A stretch of DNA of 64,000 nt, from assembly GCA_017461985.1 (NCBI GenBank), contig JAFTSA010000007.1, positions 2,250 to 66,249 on the forward strand, in the 5' to 3' direction. Shown piece by piece: positions 39,710 through 52,743 of the stretch. The notes under the pieces are model-generated. The model was not told the DNA's origin. It searched no databases and saw nothing but the letters and a program-made list of their open reading frames with translations. This DNA is from Clostridia bacterium (GTDB lineage Bacteria; Bacillota; Clostridia; Christensenellales; CAG-917). Within the stretch, counting starts at the first letter, position 1; the number at the start of each line of letters is the position of its first letter. Made by a program: the position numbers and the translations under genes.

Positions 39710-40792
39710 TTACACGTTGAAACGGAAGAGGACAACGTCGTTGTCTTGCATGACGTATTCCTTGCCTTCACTTCTCACTTTGCCTCTTTCCTTTGCCACG
39801 TTGAACGAGCCACATTCAAGCAAAGTTTGATAGTCCACGATTTCTGCTCTTATAAAGCCCTTTTCAAAGTCGCTGTGGATTTTGCCTGCTGCTTGAGGGG
39901 CTTTTGTGCCCTTTTCAATGGTCCAAGCGCGGGTTTCCTTTTCACCGGCGGTGAGATATGAGATAAGACCGAGAAGGTCGTATGAGGCTGACACAAGTTT
40001 GTCAAGACCGCTTTCAGTGAGGCCATATTCTTCCATAAAGATTGCTCTATCGTCATCGTCAAGAGCAACGAGGTCTTCTTTAAGTTTAGCGCAAAGGACG
40101 ATGCAACCTGCACCCTCTTTCGCTGCGCCTTTGGTGACTGCCTCAGTGTAGTCGTTTCCGCCGATGGTGTTTTCATCAACGTTGGCTACGTAGATGACAG
40201 GTTTTGAGGTGAGGAGGAATTGTTCGTCGATAAATGCCTTGAAGTCATCATCAACTGCCATTGTGCGGAGGGGTTTGCCCTCTTCAAGCCATGCCTTCAT
40301 CTTTTCAAGACGCTCAACATCAACGGTGTACTTTTTGTCCGCCTTTTGCATTGAGATTGCTTTGGGGAGACGTCTGTCAATTGCCTCCATATCTGCAAAG
40401 ATAAGTTCAAGATTGATGGTTTCCATATCACGGAGAGGGTTGACACTGCCGTCAACGTGGGTGATATTTTCATCGTCAAAGCATCTCACCACGTGGACGA
40501 TTGCATCCACTTCACGAATGTGTGAGAGGAATTTGTTGCCAAGACCTTCACCTCTGCTTGCGCCCTTGACAAGACCTGCTATGTCCACAAATTCAAGGGT
40601 GGTGGGGGTGATTTTCTTGCTGTCATAAAGGGCGGCAAGTTTTGTCAGTCTTTCATCGGGCACTGCCACGATGCCCACGTTGGGCTCGATTGTGCAGAAA
40701 GGATAGTTGGCGGCTTGTGCGCCTGCCTTGGTGATTGCATTGAAAAGTGTGCTCTTTCCGACATTTGGAAGTCCTACTACGCCGAGTTTCAT
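39710..40792 (-). CDS. ychF: Redox-regulated ATPase YchF
   Basis: [20 protein letters not shown]-terminal FRFNV. Confidence 0.96.
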   Translation of the reverse strand: MKLGVVGLPNVGKSTLFNAITKAGAQAANYPFCTIEPNVGIVAVPDERLTKLAALYDSKKITPTTLEFVDIAGLVKGASRGEGLGNKFLSHIREVDAIVHVVRCFDDENITHVDGSVNPLRDMETINLELIFADMEAIDRRLPKAISMQKADKKYTVDVERLEKMKAWLEEGKPLRTMAVDDDFKAFIDEQFLLTSKPVIYVANVDENTIGGNDYTEAVTKGAAKEGAGCIVLCAKLKEDLVALDDDDRAIFMEEYGLTESGLDKLVSASYDLLGLISYLTAGEKETRAWTIEKGTKAPQAAGKIHSDFEKGFIRAEIVDYQTLLECGSFNVAKERGKVRSEGKEYVMQDNDVVLFRFNV

Positions 40793-40875
40793 TTTTCTCC
40801 TTGTGCGTTCTAATGCGCGATAAGTTAAATACAATATTTTAGTATAGACTAAAAAAAGGAGTTAGTAAAGAGAAA

Positions 40876-41634
40876 ATGAAGATTTGGGAAGGGATAATCC
40901 TTGGACTCGTCCAAGGACTGACTGAATTTTTGCCCGTGTCCTCGTCGGGGCATTTGTTCCTTTTGGAAAAGTTGGGGGTGGGCAACGAGAGCCTGTTTTT
41001 CAACGTATGCATGCACCTAGGCACACTGCTGTCAGTCCTCATTGTTATGCGGAAAAAGTGGTTGCCTCTTGTGAGAAAACCTCTTCAAAAAACAAACCTG
41101 TGTGTCCTCCTTTCTTGCCTCCCAACAGTGGGGTTTGCACTCCTAACAAAAGCCCTTGCGCCAACCCTTCTTGAAGGGCAATTTCTTGCCCTTGGTTTTA
41201 TGATTACGGCGGTGTTTTTGTTCTGCGCCGAAAAACTGCATTTTGACCGAAAACGCACTTTATCTGTCAAAACAAGCATATTAAGTGGAGTTTTCCAAGG
41301 TATTGCGGTTTTGCCCGGGGTGTCACGAAGTGGTGCAACAATCACCGCTTTATCCCTTGTTGGAGTGGACAAAAAGGAGTCTGCCGACTTCTCTTTTTTG
41401 ATGTCAATCCCAGTGATTTTAGGCTCTGCAATCCTTGAAATCATGCCCTTGATTTCAGGGGATTTTACCCTTGCAACAGCGGACGTTTTGCCCCTAATCC
41501 TCGGCACTGTCACCGCCTTTGTGTCAGGGTGTTTTGCCATCAAATTCTTCTTGAAAATAGTCTCCACAAAAAGCCTTCTTCCCTTCTCCATCTACACCTT
41601 TTTATTGTCGATTGTGTCTATGTGTGCATTATAA
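40876..41634 (+). CDS. uppP: Undecaprenyl-diphosphate phosphatase
   Basis: QGLTEFLPVSSSGH, PGVSRSG. Confidence 0.93.
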   Translation: MKIWEGIILGLVQGLTEFLPVSSSGHLFLLEKLGVGNESLFFNVCMHLGTLLSVLIVMRKKWLPLVRKPLQKTNLCVLLSCLPTVGFALLTKALAPTLLEGQFLALGFMITAVFLFCAEKLHFDRKRTLSVKTSILSGVFQGIAVLPGVSRSGATITALSLVGVDKKESADFSFLMSIPVILGSAILEIMPLISGDFTLATADVLPLILGTVTAFVSGCFAIKFFLKIVSTKSLLPFSIYTFLLSIVSMCAL

Positions 41635-41680
41635 AATTGGTGTCCGCAATCTCTCTTTTGAGTGCGAACATTTCAAGTAC

Positions 41681-42003
41681 ATGTCCCCCTTCCTCACGTG
41701 TTTCCCCCGTTTGCTATCCGCAAAACCCTTCGGGTGGGGAACTCGACGCGATTGACTTCGTAGCAATCGCTATTCCGTCGCTTTGCTCCTTACGGCTCTC
41801 GCACATTAAGCGGCGTCGCCTCATTATGCCACTTGTTGCGTTGGTGCAAAAAAAATCAGAGCGCACCCGCAACTTCGTACTCTCGTCTGGTGCGACGCGA
41901 TTGACGGCTTTGCCGTAGCAATACGCTCTTCCGTTCCTTACGGCGCTCCCTTCCTCGTCGCCGCTGCTCCTCGCGTTCCGTCACGCAACAAGTAAGTGCT
42001 TGT
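41681..42003. repeat. Structured dispersed repeat, copy 1 (MITE/REP-like or ncRNA)
   Basis: Long near-identical blocks shared with 61836-62114, with covarying stems. Confidence 0.85.
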
Positions 42004-42034
42004 ATAAGTACGCTTTTAATAGACCATACGTTTC

Positions 42035-42160
42035 TAAAAAGGCAATAAATCGATGAAGAGCGCGAAAAGCCCCTTATAGACCGACCGCCGTGTACTTGCC
42101 GTACATAAGGGTGAGCTATAAGGGGCTTGACAATGCTATTCGCGATTTAGTGCCTTTTTA
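42035..42160. repeat. 126-bp imperfect palindromic element
   Basis: TAAAAAGGCA...TGCCTTTTTA termini; inner AAGCCCCTTATAG / CTATAAGGGGCTT. Confidence 0.7.
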
Positions 42161-43840
42161 TTCGTGGCAGGCGCTAGCCTTACAAGCAAACACTCTTGCC
42201 TCATAAGGACGGAGGGTGTCACCCAATTCGTCTTTGTAGTTGGAGAGGATTTCGGTTGCTTTGGGGCAGATGTATTTTGCCACTTTCTTGGTGGGGATTG
42301 TCTTTTCGGACAGGTTGATGACAACGGTCAGTTTTGAGCCGTCTTCGCCAAGCTTGTCATAGACGAAAAGTTGTTTATGTCCCTTGAGGTGGAGTTTGAA
42401 TTGACCGTAGATGGCTGCATCGGTGTATTCCTTGCGGAGTGCGATTGCCTTGCGGTAGAAGTTGAGTTGTGAGTCAGGATCATCTTCTTGTGATGCCACG
42501 TTGACGTCCACGTAATTGGGGTTGACTGTGTACCAAGGTGTGCCGGTGGTGAAGCCTGCATTTGCAGTTGCATCCCATTGGACGGGTGTACGTGCGTTGT
42601 CACGGGCTGCATATTTTGCCATCTTGAAGATTTTTTCGGGTGAGAATATCTTGAGTTTTTCAAGGAGGCTCTTTGTTGAGAAGGTGCTGACGTCAACAAA
42701 GTCTTCCCACTTTTCATAGTCAAGGTTGCTCATGCCGATTTCTTGACCTTGATAGACAAAGTGTGAACCGCTGAGGAAGGTGTACATTGTGCAGAGTGCC
42801 TTGCCACTTTCAAAGCGATATTTTTCACTGCCGTATCTTGAAATATTACGAGGTTGGTCGTGGTTTTCAATATAGTTGGTGTTCCAGCCCTTGCCGTAGA
42901 GTTTTGTTTGCCAGTTGTTGTACACTCTCTTAAGTTTGCGGAGTGAGAAAGGCAATCTCATCCAGCTGATGAAGATGCAGTCTGCTTCCATGTGTTGGAA
43001 ACCGAACATCATATCAAGGACTCTGTTTTCACCGCTGACGTACTTCAGTGCGTTTTTGGGAGTCATCATAGGTGCTTCACCAAGTTGCATACGGTCGGGA
43101 TATTCCTTGACCACTTCTCTGTATTCGGTGAGATACTTGATGAGGTTAGGACCGGGGGAATAGTGTTCCATACCTCTCACTGCGGGGAGGGGGAAACCAT
43201 TGGGGAGACCTTCTCTCTTGGAGATGAAGGTGATGACGTCTTCTCTAAATCCGTCAACGCCCATATCAAGCCAGTAGCGGATGATGTTTTTGACTTCTTC
43301 ACGGACTGCAGGGTTATCGTGGTTGAGGTCGGGTTGTTCAACTGCAAAGAGGTGGAGATAATATTCGCCACGTTCTTCGTTCCACTTCCAGCCGTCACCG
43401 GGGAAAGTTGCCATCCAGTTGTTGGGGAACTTCTTTCCGTCTTTGCCCTTGCCGGGACGCCAGATATAATAATCCTTATATTTGGGGTCGCCTGCTGCGG
43501 ACTTCTTGAACCATTCGTGTTGGTCGCTGGTGTGGTTGATGACAAGGTCCATGATGACTTTCATACCACGTGCGTGTGCTCCGTCGAGAACTTCTTTGAA
43601 CTCTTCGTTGGTGCCGTATTCGGGGTTGATATTGTAGTAGTCTGCGATGTCATAACCGTAGTCTGCTTGAGGTGATGCATACAGAGGTGAGAACCAAATT
43701 GCGTCTGCGCCGAGGCTCTTTATGTAGTCAAGTTTTGAAAGGATACCTTTGAGGTCACCGATGCCGTCGCCGTCACCATCTTTGAATGAACGAGGCCAAA
43801 CTTGATACACACACATTTCCTTGTACCATTGTCTATCCAT
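42158..43840 (-). CDS. GH13 oligo-1,6-glucosidase / alpha-glucosidase
   Basis: YQVWPRSF, DLVINH, QPDLN, GFREDVI, ENHDQPR. Confidence 0.9.
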   Translation of the reverse strand: MDRQWYKEMCVYQVWPRSFKDGDGDGIGDLKGILSKLDYIKSLGADAIWFSPLYASPQADYGYDIADYYNINPEYGTNEEFKEVLDGAHARGMKVIMDLVINHTSDQHEWFKKSAAGDPKYKDYYIWRPGKGKDGKKFPNNWMATFPGDGWKWNEERGEYYLHLFAVEQPDLNHDNPAVREEVKNIIRYWLDMGVDGFREDVITFISKREGLPNGFPLPAVRGMEHYSPGPNLIKYLTEYREVVKEYPDRMQLGEAPMMTPKNALKYVSGENRVLDMMFGFQHMEADCIFISWMRLPFSLRKLKRVYNNWQTKLYGKGWNTNYIENHDQPRNISRYGSEKYRFESGKALCTMYTFLSGSHFVYQGQEIGMSNLDYEKWEDFVDVSTFSTKSLLEKLKIFSPEKIFKMAKYAARDNARTPVQWDATANAGFTTGTPWYTVNPNYVDVNVASQEDDPDSQLNFYRKAIALRKEYTDAAIYGQFKLHLKGHKQLFVYDKLGEDGSKLTVVINLSEKTIPTKKVAKYICPKATEILSNYKDELGDTLRPYEARVFACKASACHE

Positions 43841-43961
43841 AATTTTTCTCCTTGAAAATTGTATTTTTCTTGTTGGTTTTCAGTGGATTACACCACGAAT
43901 TATTTGTCACTAAAATCACAAAAAGCGAGGTTTTACGCTCGCTTTTGTGATGATAAAGTGC

Positions 43962-46529
43962 TTATTCTGTCACTTGTTCAGTTGTTTCAACCACTTCGGT
44001 TGCAGGGGTTTCAGTGGCAACGGGATTGCCGTCTGCATCCAGTTCAACCTCAGGCTCGTCCTCTTCATAAGGTGCAAGTGCGATGGACACAACGCTGGTC
44101 TTGCTGTCCTTAAGACGCATGATGCGGACGCCTTGTGTTGCTCTGCCGATACGGCTGATTTCGTCTGCATGGACTCTGATGACAATGCCACCTGCGGTGA
44201 TCATCATCACGTCTGCGTTGTCGTCAAGGACCTTCATATTGATGAGGTCGCCGGTCTTGTCGTTGAAGACGCCTGCCTTGACGCCCTTGCCTGCTCTGCC
44301 TTGGAGAGGATATTCACTTATTGAACTTCTCTTGCCAAAGCCGTTTGAAGTGACGGTGAGGATTTCGCTGTTTTCATGGACCACTGCAAGGTCAACCATA
44401 TATGCGCCCTCTGCAAGTCTCATTGACTTGACGCCCATTGCCGTTCTGCCAACCAAGCGGACGGTGTTTTCATTGAAACGGATGCAGTAGCCTTCGCTTG
44501 ATGCCATGATGAGTTCATCATTGCCGGTGGTGAGCACTGCTTCGATGAGTTCGTCATCTTCGTTGAACTTGATTGCAATCTTGCCGTTTCTCTTCACTGA
44601 TTCAAACTCGGTGAGAGGAGTACGCTTGATGAGGCCTTGCTTTGTTGCAAGGATAAGGTTGAAGCCTTCCTTGTCTTCGGGGAGACGGAGGATTGCTTGC
44701 ACCTTTTCACCGGGAACAAGTTGAAGAAGGTTGACCATTGCTCTACCGCGAGCGGTCTTTGATGCTTCGGGGATTTCGTAGCCCTTCAAGACAAATGCCT
44801 TTCCAAGGTTGGTGAAGAACATAAGGTCTTGGTGGGTGTGTGCGATGAAGAGTTTTTCAACAAAGTCGTCGTCCTTTGCCTTGTGACCTGTGATGCCAAC
44901 GCCACCGCGGTGTTGTGAGTGATATTCACTGACTGCTTGACGCTTGATGTATCCGCCGTGAGTCATGCTGACCACGATGTCTTCTTGCTCGATGAGGTCG
45001 CCGATGTCAAGTTCAGAGTAGTCATAGCTGAGTTCACTGAGTCTGGGTGAAGCAAATCTTGACTTGATTTCAAGCATTTCGTCAACGATGATTTTGTCGA
45101 TTGCTTCGGTTGATGAGAGGATACGGTTGTATTCTGCGATTTCTTGATGTTTTTGTTCAAGTTCTTCCTTGATTTTTTCCACTTCAAGGCCTGTGAGGCG
45201 TTGCAGACGCATTTCAAGGATTGACACGGCTTGGGCTTCATCAAGAGCAAAGCGTGCTGTCAAATTGGCGATTGCGCCTTGACGGTCGGGGCTCTTCTTG
45301 AGGAGTTCAACCACTTCGTCAATGTTGGCAAGTGCGATTGCAAGACCTTCAAGGATATGTGCTCTTTCTTGTGCCTTTTCAAGGTCAAACTTGGTGCGAC
45401 GTGTGATGACGTCTTCTTGGTGGATGATGTAGTTTTCAAGGATTTCTTTCAGGTTGAGAATCTTGGGTACACCGTCAACCAATGCAAGCATAATCATTGA
45501 GTTGTTGACTTGCAGTTGAGTTTGTTTGAAGAGGGTGTTGAGGACAACTTGTGCGTTGTAATCCTTCTTTGTTTCAACAACGATACGCATACCGTGGCGG
45601 TCTGTTTCTTCGCTAAGGTCTGCGATGCCTTCAATCTTCTTGTCTTTGACTTGCTCTGCGATGTTTTCGATGAGCTTTGCCTTGTTGACTTGATAGGGGA
45701 TTTCAGTGATGATGATTCTGCTCTTTCCGTTGGGAAGTTCCTCAATTTCAGTCTTTGCACGGAGCACTGCACTGCCCTTGCCGGTGCGGTATGCTTGTTT
45801 GACACCGCCTCTGCCAAGAATAAGTGCGCCAGTGGGATAGTCGGGAGCAGGGATGTATTCCATCAAATCGTCAACTGTAAGGTCGGGATTTTGGATGAGT
45901 GCAACGGTTGCATCAATAACTTCACCAAGGTTGTGGGGAGGAATTGAGGTTGCCATACCAACTGCAATACCGTCTGAGCCGTTGACGAGAAGGTTGGGGA
46001 ATCTTGAAGGAAGGACAACAGGTTGTTCACGAGTGTCGTCAAAGTTGGGATAGAGGTCGACGGTCTTTTTGTCGATATCTCTTATCATTTCAAGAGCCAC
46101 TTTGCTCAGTCTTGCTTCGGTATAACGATATGCTGCAGCGGGGTCGCCGTCAACAGAGCCGAAGTTGCCGTGACCTTCAACAAGAGGACATCTTATTGAG
46201 AAGTCTTGTGCAAGACGGACCATTGCATCATAAACTGAACTATCGCCGTGAGGGTGATATTTACCAAGCACTTCACCAACCACCATAGCACTCTTTCTAA
46301 AGGGCTTGTCGGGGGTGAGGCCAAGTTCGTTCATGGCGTAGAGGATACGACGATGGACAGGTTTCAAACCGTCACGTACGTCAGGGATTGCACGGGATAC
46401 GTTGACTGCCATTGCGTAGCTGATAAATGACTTTTTCAGCTCTTGTTGGACTTCAAGATTGACTATCTTGCTGTCTTTGAGATGTTCCACGTATTCGGTA
46501 TTTTTGAAATCATTATTCTTGATTGTCAT
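43962..46529 (-). CDS. gyrA: DNA gyrase subunit A
   Basis: [20 protein letters not shown], GyrA-box QHRGGVG. Confidence 0.97.
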   Translation of the reverse strand: MTIKNNDFKNTEYVEHLKDSKIVNLEVQQELKKSFISYAMAVNVSRAIPDVRDGLKPVHRRILYAMNELGLTPDKPFRKSAMVVGEVLGKYHPHGDSSVYDAMVRLAQDFSIRCPLVEGHGNFGSVDGDPAAAYRYTEARLSKVALEMIRDIDKKTVDLYPNFDDTREQPVVLPSRFPNLLVNGSDGIAVGMATSIPPHNLGEVIDATVALIQNPDLTVDDLMEYIPAPDYPTGALILGRGGVKQAYRTGKGSAVLRAKTEIEELPNGKSRIIITEIPYQVNKAKLIENIAEQVKDKKIEGIADLSEETDRHGMRIVVETKKDYNAQVVLNTLFKQTQLQVNNSMIMLALVDGVPKILNLKEILENYIIHQEDVITRRTKFDLEKAQERAHILEGLAIALANIDEVVELLKKSPDRQGAIANLTARFALDEAQAVSILEMRLQRLTGLEVEKIKEELEQKHQEIAEYNRILSSTEAIDKIIVDEMLEIKSRFASPRLSELSYDYSELDIGDLIEQEDIVVSMTHGGYIKRQAVSEYHSQHRGGVGITGHKAKDDDFVEKLFIAHTHQDLMFFTNLGKAFVLKGYEIPEASKTARGRAMVNLLQLVPGEKVQAILRLPEDKEGFNLILATKQGLIKRTPLTEFESVKRNGKIAIKFNEDDELIEAVLTTGNDELIMASSEGYCIRFNENTVRLVGRTAMGVKSMRLAEGAYMVDLAVVHENSEILTVTSNGFGKRSSISEYPLQGRAGKGVKAGVFNDKTGDLINMKVLDDNADVMMITAGGIVIRVHADEISRIGRATQGVRIMRLKDSKTSVVSIALAPYEEDEPEVELDADGNPVATETPATEVVETTEQVTE

Positions 46530-46542
46530 AGTTTATACCCCC

Positions 46543-48489
<1,947 letters not shown>

Positions 48490-48558
48490 TTACATTATAA
48501 TAAATATATTTTATTATAACTATTAACTTTAATAATATCAAGCATTTTTTGAAAATTT

Positions 48559-48660
48559 TGTGGACAAATGGGATGGAAATTCACAGTTTTTCCACCGCGA
48601 AAACGCAAAATCGTTGATTTTGCGGTGCGTATATGGGTTTCTCTTGGGATTTTGTCCACA
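48559..48660. promoter_or_regulatory. DnaA-box-like sites upstream of gyrB
   Basis: TGTGGACAA (48559) and TTGTCCACA (48652), each one mismatch to TTATCCACA. Confidence 0.45.
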
Positions 48661-48827
48661 CAAGACGGGGCTGGCTTCGGGGTTTTCAACCTTCTTCTTG
48701 TCGGTTTTTGTCGAATTTTGAAAAAGAAAAATTGACAGCCATCTCTTTTGTGTGTATGGTTGAATATGAACGGGGCAAAAAACAGCCCTTGACAAATTGT
48801 TTATTAACTCTAAAAACACAAAAGAAA

Positions 48828-49712
48828 ATGAAACCTTCCTTTTCAAGAAAATCTATATCCGTGATTTCAGTTGCCCTCATTGTCACAATTATGATGGCAG
48901 TGTTTTCATTTTCTTCTTCAACCGCTCTTGCAGAAGATAACTCCGTGTCAGTGTCCGTTGAGGACGGCAAATATATCCTCAGTTGGAGGGCGTATTCCGC
49001 CGACACTTCCTCTTTCAACGGATACGTCATCTCGGTTGACGGCTCATACACCTATCTTGACGGATATTATTTCACCTATTTTGACATTACAGACCTGGTT
49101 GCAGGTGGCGGAGAGCATCAAATTTCCGTCTACGCAAGTCTAGACGGCGGTTTACAACGGATTGGCTCTTGTCTTGTGAAAGTCATCGTCAGCCTTGACA
49201 AAGCACGAAATATCCGCCTTTCAAGCGGTTTTCTCTTTTGGGATAAGGTGAAAAACGCAGATGTATATCTCGTTTTCATCAACAACGTTTTCGTTGGTCG
49301 CACCGATGAAGAAACGTTGTACGCCGATGACCTTTTGTCCACCACAAAAGACAGTGTTATCGTGGCGATTGTCCCTTTCAGCGACAGCCCTTATCACATA
49401 TCCCCTGCGCCCACTTATCAAACAATAAATCTCAAAAAGGTCATTGAGGCGGATTTGGATTTCTACGTCTTCAACACCAAAGACGGAGTTGTCATCTCTT
49501 GGCAACCTGTTGGAGAAATCCTCTTTTCTTACACGTTGACCAAAGATGGTGAAACTATATCTTACGGCAACGTCACCTCATCAACCTTGACTTTTGAAAC
49601 TCTTGCGGACGGCACTTATTCCTTATCAGTGTTTGGTGAGGATAAAGTTTTCAAATATGATTTTGGCGCAATCACTTTTTCAGTGGAAAACGGGGAGGTG
49701 ACTTATGAATAG
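48828..49712 (+). CDS. Secreted beta-rich hypothetical protein
   Basis: Signal peptide ending ALA-E; FnIII-like W..Y patterns. Confidence 0.7.
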   Translation: MKPSFSRKSISVISVALIVTIMMAVFSFSSSTALAEDNSVSVSVEDGKYILSWRAYSADTSSFNGYVISVDGSYTYLDGYYFTYFDITDLVAGGGEHQISVYASLDGGLQRIGSCLVKVIVSLDKARNIRLSSGFLFWDKVKNADVYLVFINNVFVGRTDEETLYADDLLSTTKDSVIVAIVPFSDSPYHISPAPTYQTINLKKVIEADLDFYVFNTKDGVVISWQPVGEILFSYTLTKDGETISYGNVTSSTLTFETLADGTYSLSVFGEDKVFKYDFGAITFSVENGEVTYE

Positions 49713-50766
49713 ACGTATAACCATCACCCTAATCATCCTCGTTGTCATTGCATTGTCAACAACTCTTTTTGCTTGCGACAGCACCCCTGACTACACCAAC
49801 AACGGTCTGACCGTCAGTGGCAAATGTATCTATGACGGCGCACCACTTGAAGGTGTGAAAATTATCCTTGACTTTGAGGTTGTTTCCACAACCGACGAGG
49901 GTGGAGTATTCTCTGTTGACGGACTTGAAAAGGGTGACAAACTCACCTTTGAAAAGGATGGTTTTGTCTTCTATCCCAACACTTACAAGGTCAGCGGTGA
50001 CGTGTATGACTTGCGTGTTGAGGCATATCTTGACACCACCGTTGGCGCTCCCGATGACGACCAAAATGGGGACAACACTGGCGATAATTCAGGTGACAAT
50101 AGCGGTGAAAATTCTGGCAATAATGATAGCGAAAACACCGATGACAATGGCAGTGACGATGACCTTTCAGGTGGCACCGACACCGACGACACAACCACTG
50201 AAATAAAAACGTATGATTGCATAAACGCAGGTTTATCCTTTGAAAATGACAACATTAAACTTGTATTTTGCGTTGAAAAGGGATTTTCTTCTCTTTCTGT
50301 TTCAGTGTTCGCAGACCTCACTTCCTCATCAATAAACGTCACTGATGATATGAAAGTTGCCGAGTTTAATCTTGGTGAAAACACCGTTGTTCAATACGAA
50401 ATTGACGTGACGGACTTTGCAAAAGAGGAGTGTGTTTTCACCGTGTCACCTCGCAATGAAAAGGGTGAAAAAGGTGAAGAGGCAAGTGTCACGTTTATCC
50501 CTCAATCAACAGCAAAGGCAGTCACTATCACCCTTGACGGAAGCGTCATAAGGCTATACAATATTGACGTGTATGCAACCAACTATCTTGTCATCAATGA
50601 CGTGAATATGGGTGTTGTAAATGGTGACACTGTTAACCTCTCCGCCTACAAAACTCTAAGCGAGGGCGTTGTTTCAATCCGTATTCTTTCGGTGAAGGAA
50701 GGGTCGTTCCCTTCATATTCCAACACTATCAACGTTGAATTGCAGGTGCAAAATGACAATGACTGA
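49705..50766 (+). CDS. Hypothetical lipoprotein with carboxypeptidase-regulatory-like domain and D/N-rich linker
   Basis: Lipobox LFAC; GAPLEGVKI...TTDEGGVFSV. Confidence 0.7.
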   Translation: MNRRITITLIILVVIALSTTLFACDSTPDYTNNGLTVSGKCIYDGAPLEGVKIILDFEVVSTTDEGGVFSVDGLEKGDKLTFEKDGFVFYPNTYKVSGDVYDLRVEAYLDTTVGAPDDDQNGDNTGDNSGDNSGENSGNNDSENTDDNGSDDDLSGGTDTDDTTTEIKTYDCINAGLSFENDNIKLVFCVEKGFSSLSVSVFADLTSSSINVTDDMKVAEFNLGENTVVQYEIDVTDFAKEECVFTVSPRNEKGEKGEEASVTFIPQSTAKAVTITLDGSVIRLYNIDVYATNYLVINDVNMGVVNGDTVNLSAYKTLSEGVVSIRILSVKEGSFPSYSNTINVELQVQNDND

Positions 50767-51448
50767 ATTCAAAAAATGGCTAGACGGCCCAGAAGACGTG
50801 GAGTCCGCAAAAGAGATTGCGGTGCAATATGACTTGCACTATTACACTCACCGCGAAGAAGTACTCAACGTTTTCACTCACTTTTTAGGGGTTGTTTTCA
50901 GTATCATCGGCATGGTGCTTATGCTCATAAAAGCCACCTCAACTTTGTCCTACGTGTCTGCCGTGCTGTGCTCGACAGGTTTTCTCACTCTCTACGTCAA
51001 CTCCACCACCTATCACGCCATACAAAACCCCAAAATCAAGGCGATTATGCGCAAGGTGGACTACTGCTCCGTCAACCTCATCGTCATATCTTGTGGCACT
51101 GGGGTTGCTTTTTTGACAGGAAGATACGAGGGCTTCATCATCTACGGTGTATGCCTATTCCTCACCGCCCTTGCATTGACTCTGTCCCTTGTCAATTTCC
51201 GCAAATTCCGTATGTTTTCCTTTGCCACAAACTTCCTCATCGGCGGACTTTTGGTGGGAGCATACTTCATCACAGGCACACACTTCACAACTGCTGAATT
51301 GGTGCTCAATGCCTTAGGCATTGTGTCAGTCCTCATCGGCTCAGTGCTGTTTGTCATACACAAACCTTATATACACGCGGTATTTCATGTATTCGTGCTT
51401 GTTGGACCAATTCTTTTCTGGACCGCCAACTATCTTATGCTCACTTAA
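50753..51448 (+). CDS. Hemolysin III (PAQR) family membrane protein
   Basis: EE.LN.FTH, STTYH, HAVFHVFV. Confidence 0.85.
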   Translation: MTMTEFKKWLDGPEDVESAKEIAVQYDLHYYTHREEVLNVFTHFLGVVFSIIGMVLMLIKATSTLSYVSAVLCSTGFLTLYVNSTTYHAIQNPKIKAIMRKVDYCSVNLIVISCGTGVAFLTGRYEGFIIYGVCLFLTALALTLSLVNFRKFRMFSFATNFLIGGLLVGAYFITGTHFTTAELVLNALGIVSVLIGSVLFVIHKPYIHAVFHVFVLVGPILFWTANYLMLT

Positions 51449-51460
51449 TCAAATAAATTA

Positions 51461-51484
51461 AAAGGACGGCAACGCCGTCCTTTT
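51461..51484. terminator. Bidirectional terminator
   Basis: AAAGGACGGC-AAC-GCCGTCCTTTT. Confidence 0.75.
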
Positions 51485-51518
51485 ATAAATCTTTGATTTA
51501 TAATTTTGTCACTTTTTC

Positions 51519-52052
51519 CTATTTTTCAATGGTTTTGTAGATTTTGTACGTGCCAAGATCACCGCTTTCAGACGTGCCAATGACAAATCGTCTTGCTACG
51601 AGTTTGTCAGGGACGGATATATCCTTCACTTTTTCGTAGGCTTTTGCCACTTTTTCGGTGTCATCGTCCATAAAAAGCGTGGTGTGAAACTTGAAATCAA
51701 GGTCGTATTCGTGAAGAGGCACACCAAATTTGTCACGAAGTGTATAGTTCAATTCCTCACTCAAAGCATTCAAACGAGGGTTTTCCTGCATCCGTATCCA
51801 ACAGATATTCTCGTGGAGTTCAATGCCCTTTACGGCGATTTCAAAGGGTTCAGTGCGGTCATAAATGGCAGTTATGGTGTCTTCAACCGCCTGAAAATCC
51901 TTTTCTTCCACCCTAAAAGAAATTTTGAGGGACACGTGCATAGGCAGAGTAAAGTTGCTGTGATCAACTCCAACCTCCTTTTCAACCGCCTTCGTCACCT
52001 CTTTGACCAAGCCATATTGACTGTCCATATCAATCCCAACCCAAACTATCAT
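51519..52052 (-). CDS. 2H phosphoesterase (2'-5' RNA ligase family)
   Basis: Two HxS/T motifs, HVSL and HTTL. Confidence 0.8.
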   Translation of the reverse strand: MIVWVGIDMDSQYGLVKEVTKAVEKEVGVDHSNFTLPMHVSLKISFRVEEKDFQAVEDTITAIYDRTEPFEIAVKGIELHENICWIRMQENPRLNALSEELNYTLRDKFGVPLHEYDLDFKFHTTLFMDDDTEKVAKAYEKVKDISVPDKLVARRFVIGTSESGDLGTYKIYKTIEK

Positions 52053-52126
52053 ATTCTCTCCTATTATCTTGCCATATTAATATTATAACTTAACAAAGTT
52101 AAGTTAAAGTTGATGATTTCAATGTT

Positions 52127-52561
52127 CTAACCTTTTGATTTCAACTTTTCTATCACTTCGTTTAAGTTGTATTCACCGGATTTCAATTTCATATCGCAGG
52201 GCAAATCGTCATACTTTCCGTGATTTTGTTCAAGCATTTTCTCAACGGGAAAAGGCAACATGCCTCTCATACGCGCCTTAAAACGTTCTTTAATGACGTC
52301 AAGGTCTGCGGTGAGCACAATCTTGACCGCGCCTTCAGGAAGCAAATCAAGGTGCTCTCGCTCGGTTATGACATAAATGAGGTTGTCGCCGTCAACGGCA
52401 GAGGACAAAATAGCCTTGAAAGTTGATTTTGCGTTGTCAGGATTTCTTTCAAGACGTAAAAAATCCTTGCCATTGAAGATTTTTCCGCCGATTTCACGAC
52501 AAATACTCTCTGCAAGAGTGCTTTTGCCGACACAATTTTCACCGATTATTGCTATAAGCAC
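52127..52561 (-). CDS. P-loop nucleotide-kinase-like protein
   Basis: GENCVGKST; GTG start after GAGGA. Confidence 0.7.
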   Translation of the reverse strand: MLIAIIGENCVGKSTLAESICREIGGKIFNGKDFLRLERNPDNAKSTFKAILSSAVDGDNLIYVITEREHLDLLPEGAVKIVLTADLDVIKERFKARMRGMLPFPVEKMLEQNHGKYDDLPCDMKLKSGEYNLNEVIEKLKSKG

Positions 52562-52743
52562 AGTGTCTTCCTCAAACAAAAGTGTTCTTGTGATGATTAT
52601 ATCATCAAAGTGTAAGTTTGACAATATTTATCTATTATATTAGTTCACTTGTTAACCTTTTTACGGCAAAAGTGGGTTTTTTCGGCGGTTTTTAGGGCAT
52701 TTTTTAGGGTTTTTGAAGGTGAAATTTACATGGAGAAAGCCGA

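Noticed and set aside
41529-41918. ORFs 41529-41918, 61798-62106 and 61849-62121
   Set aside because: They overlap the structured repeat, the frames are not preserved between copies, and they lack an RBS.
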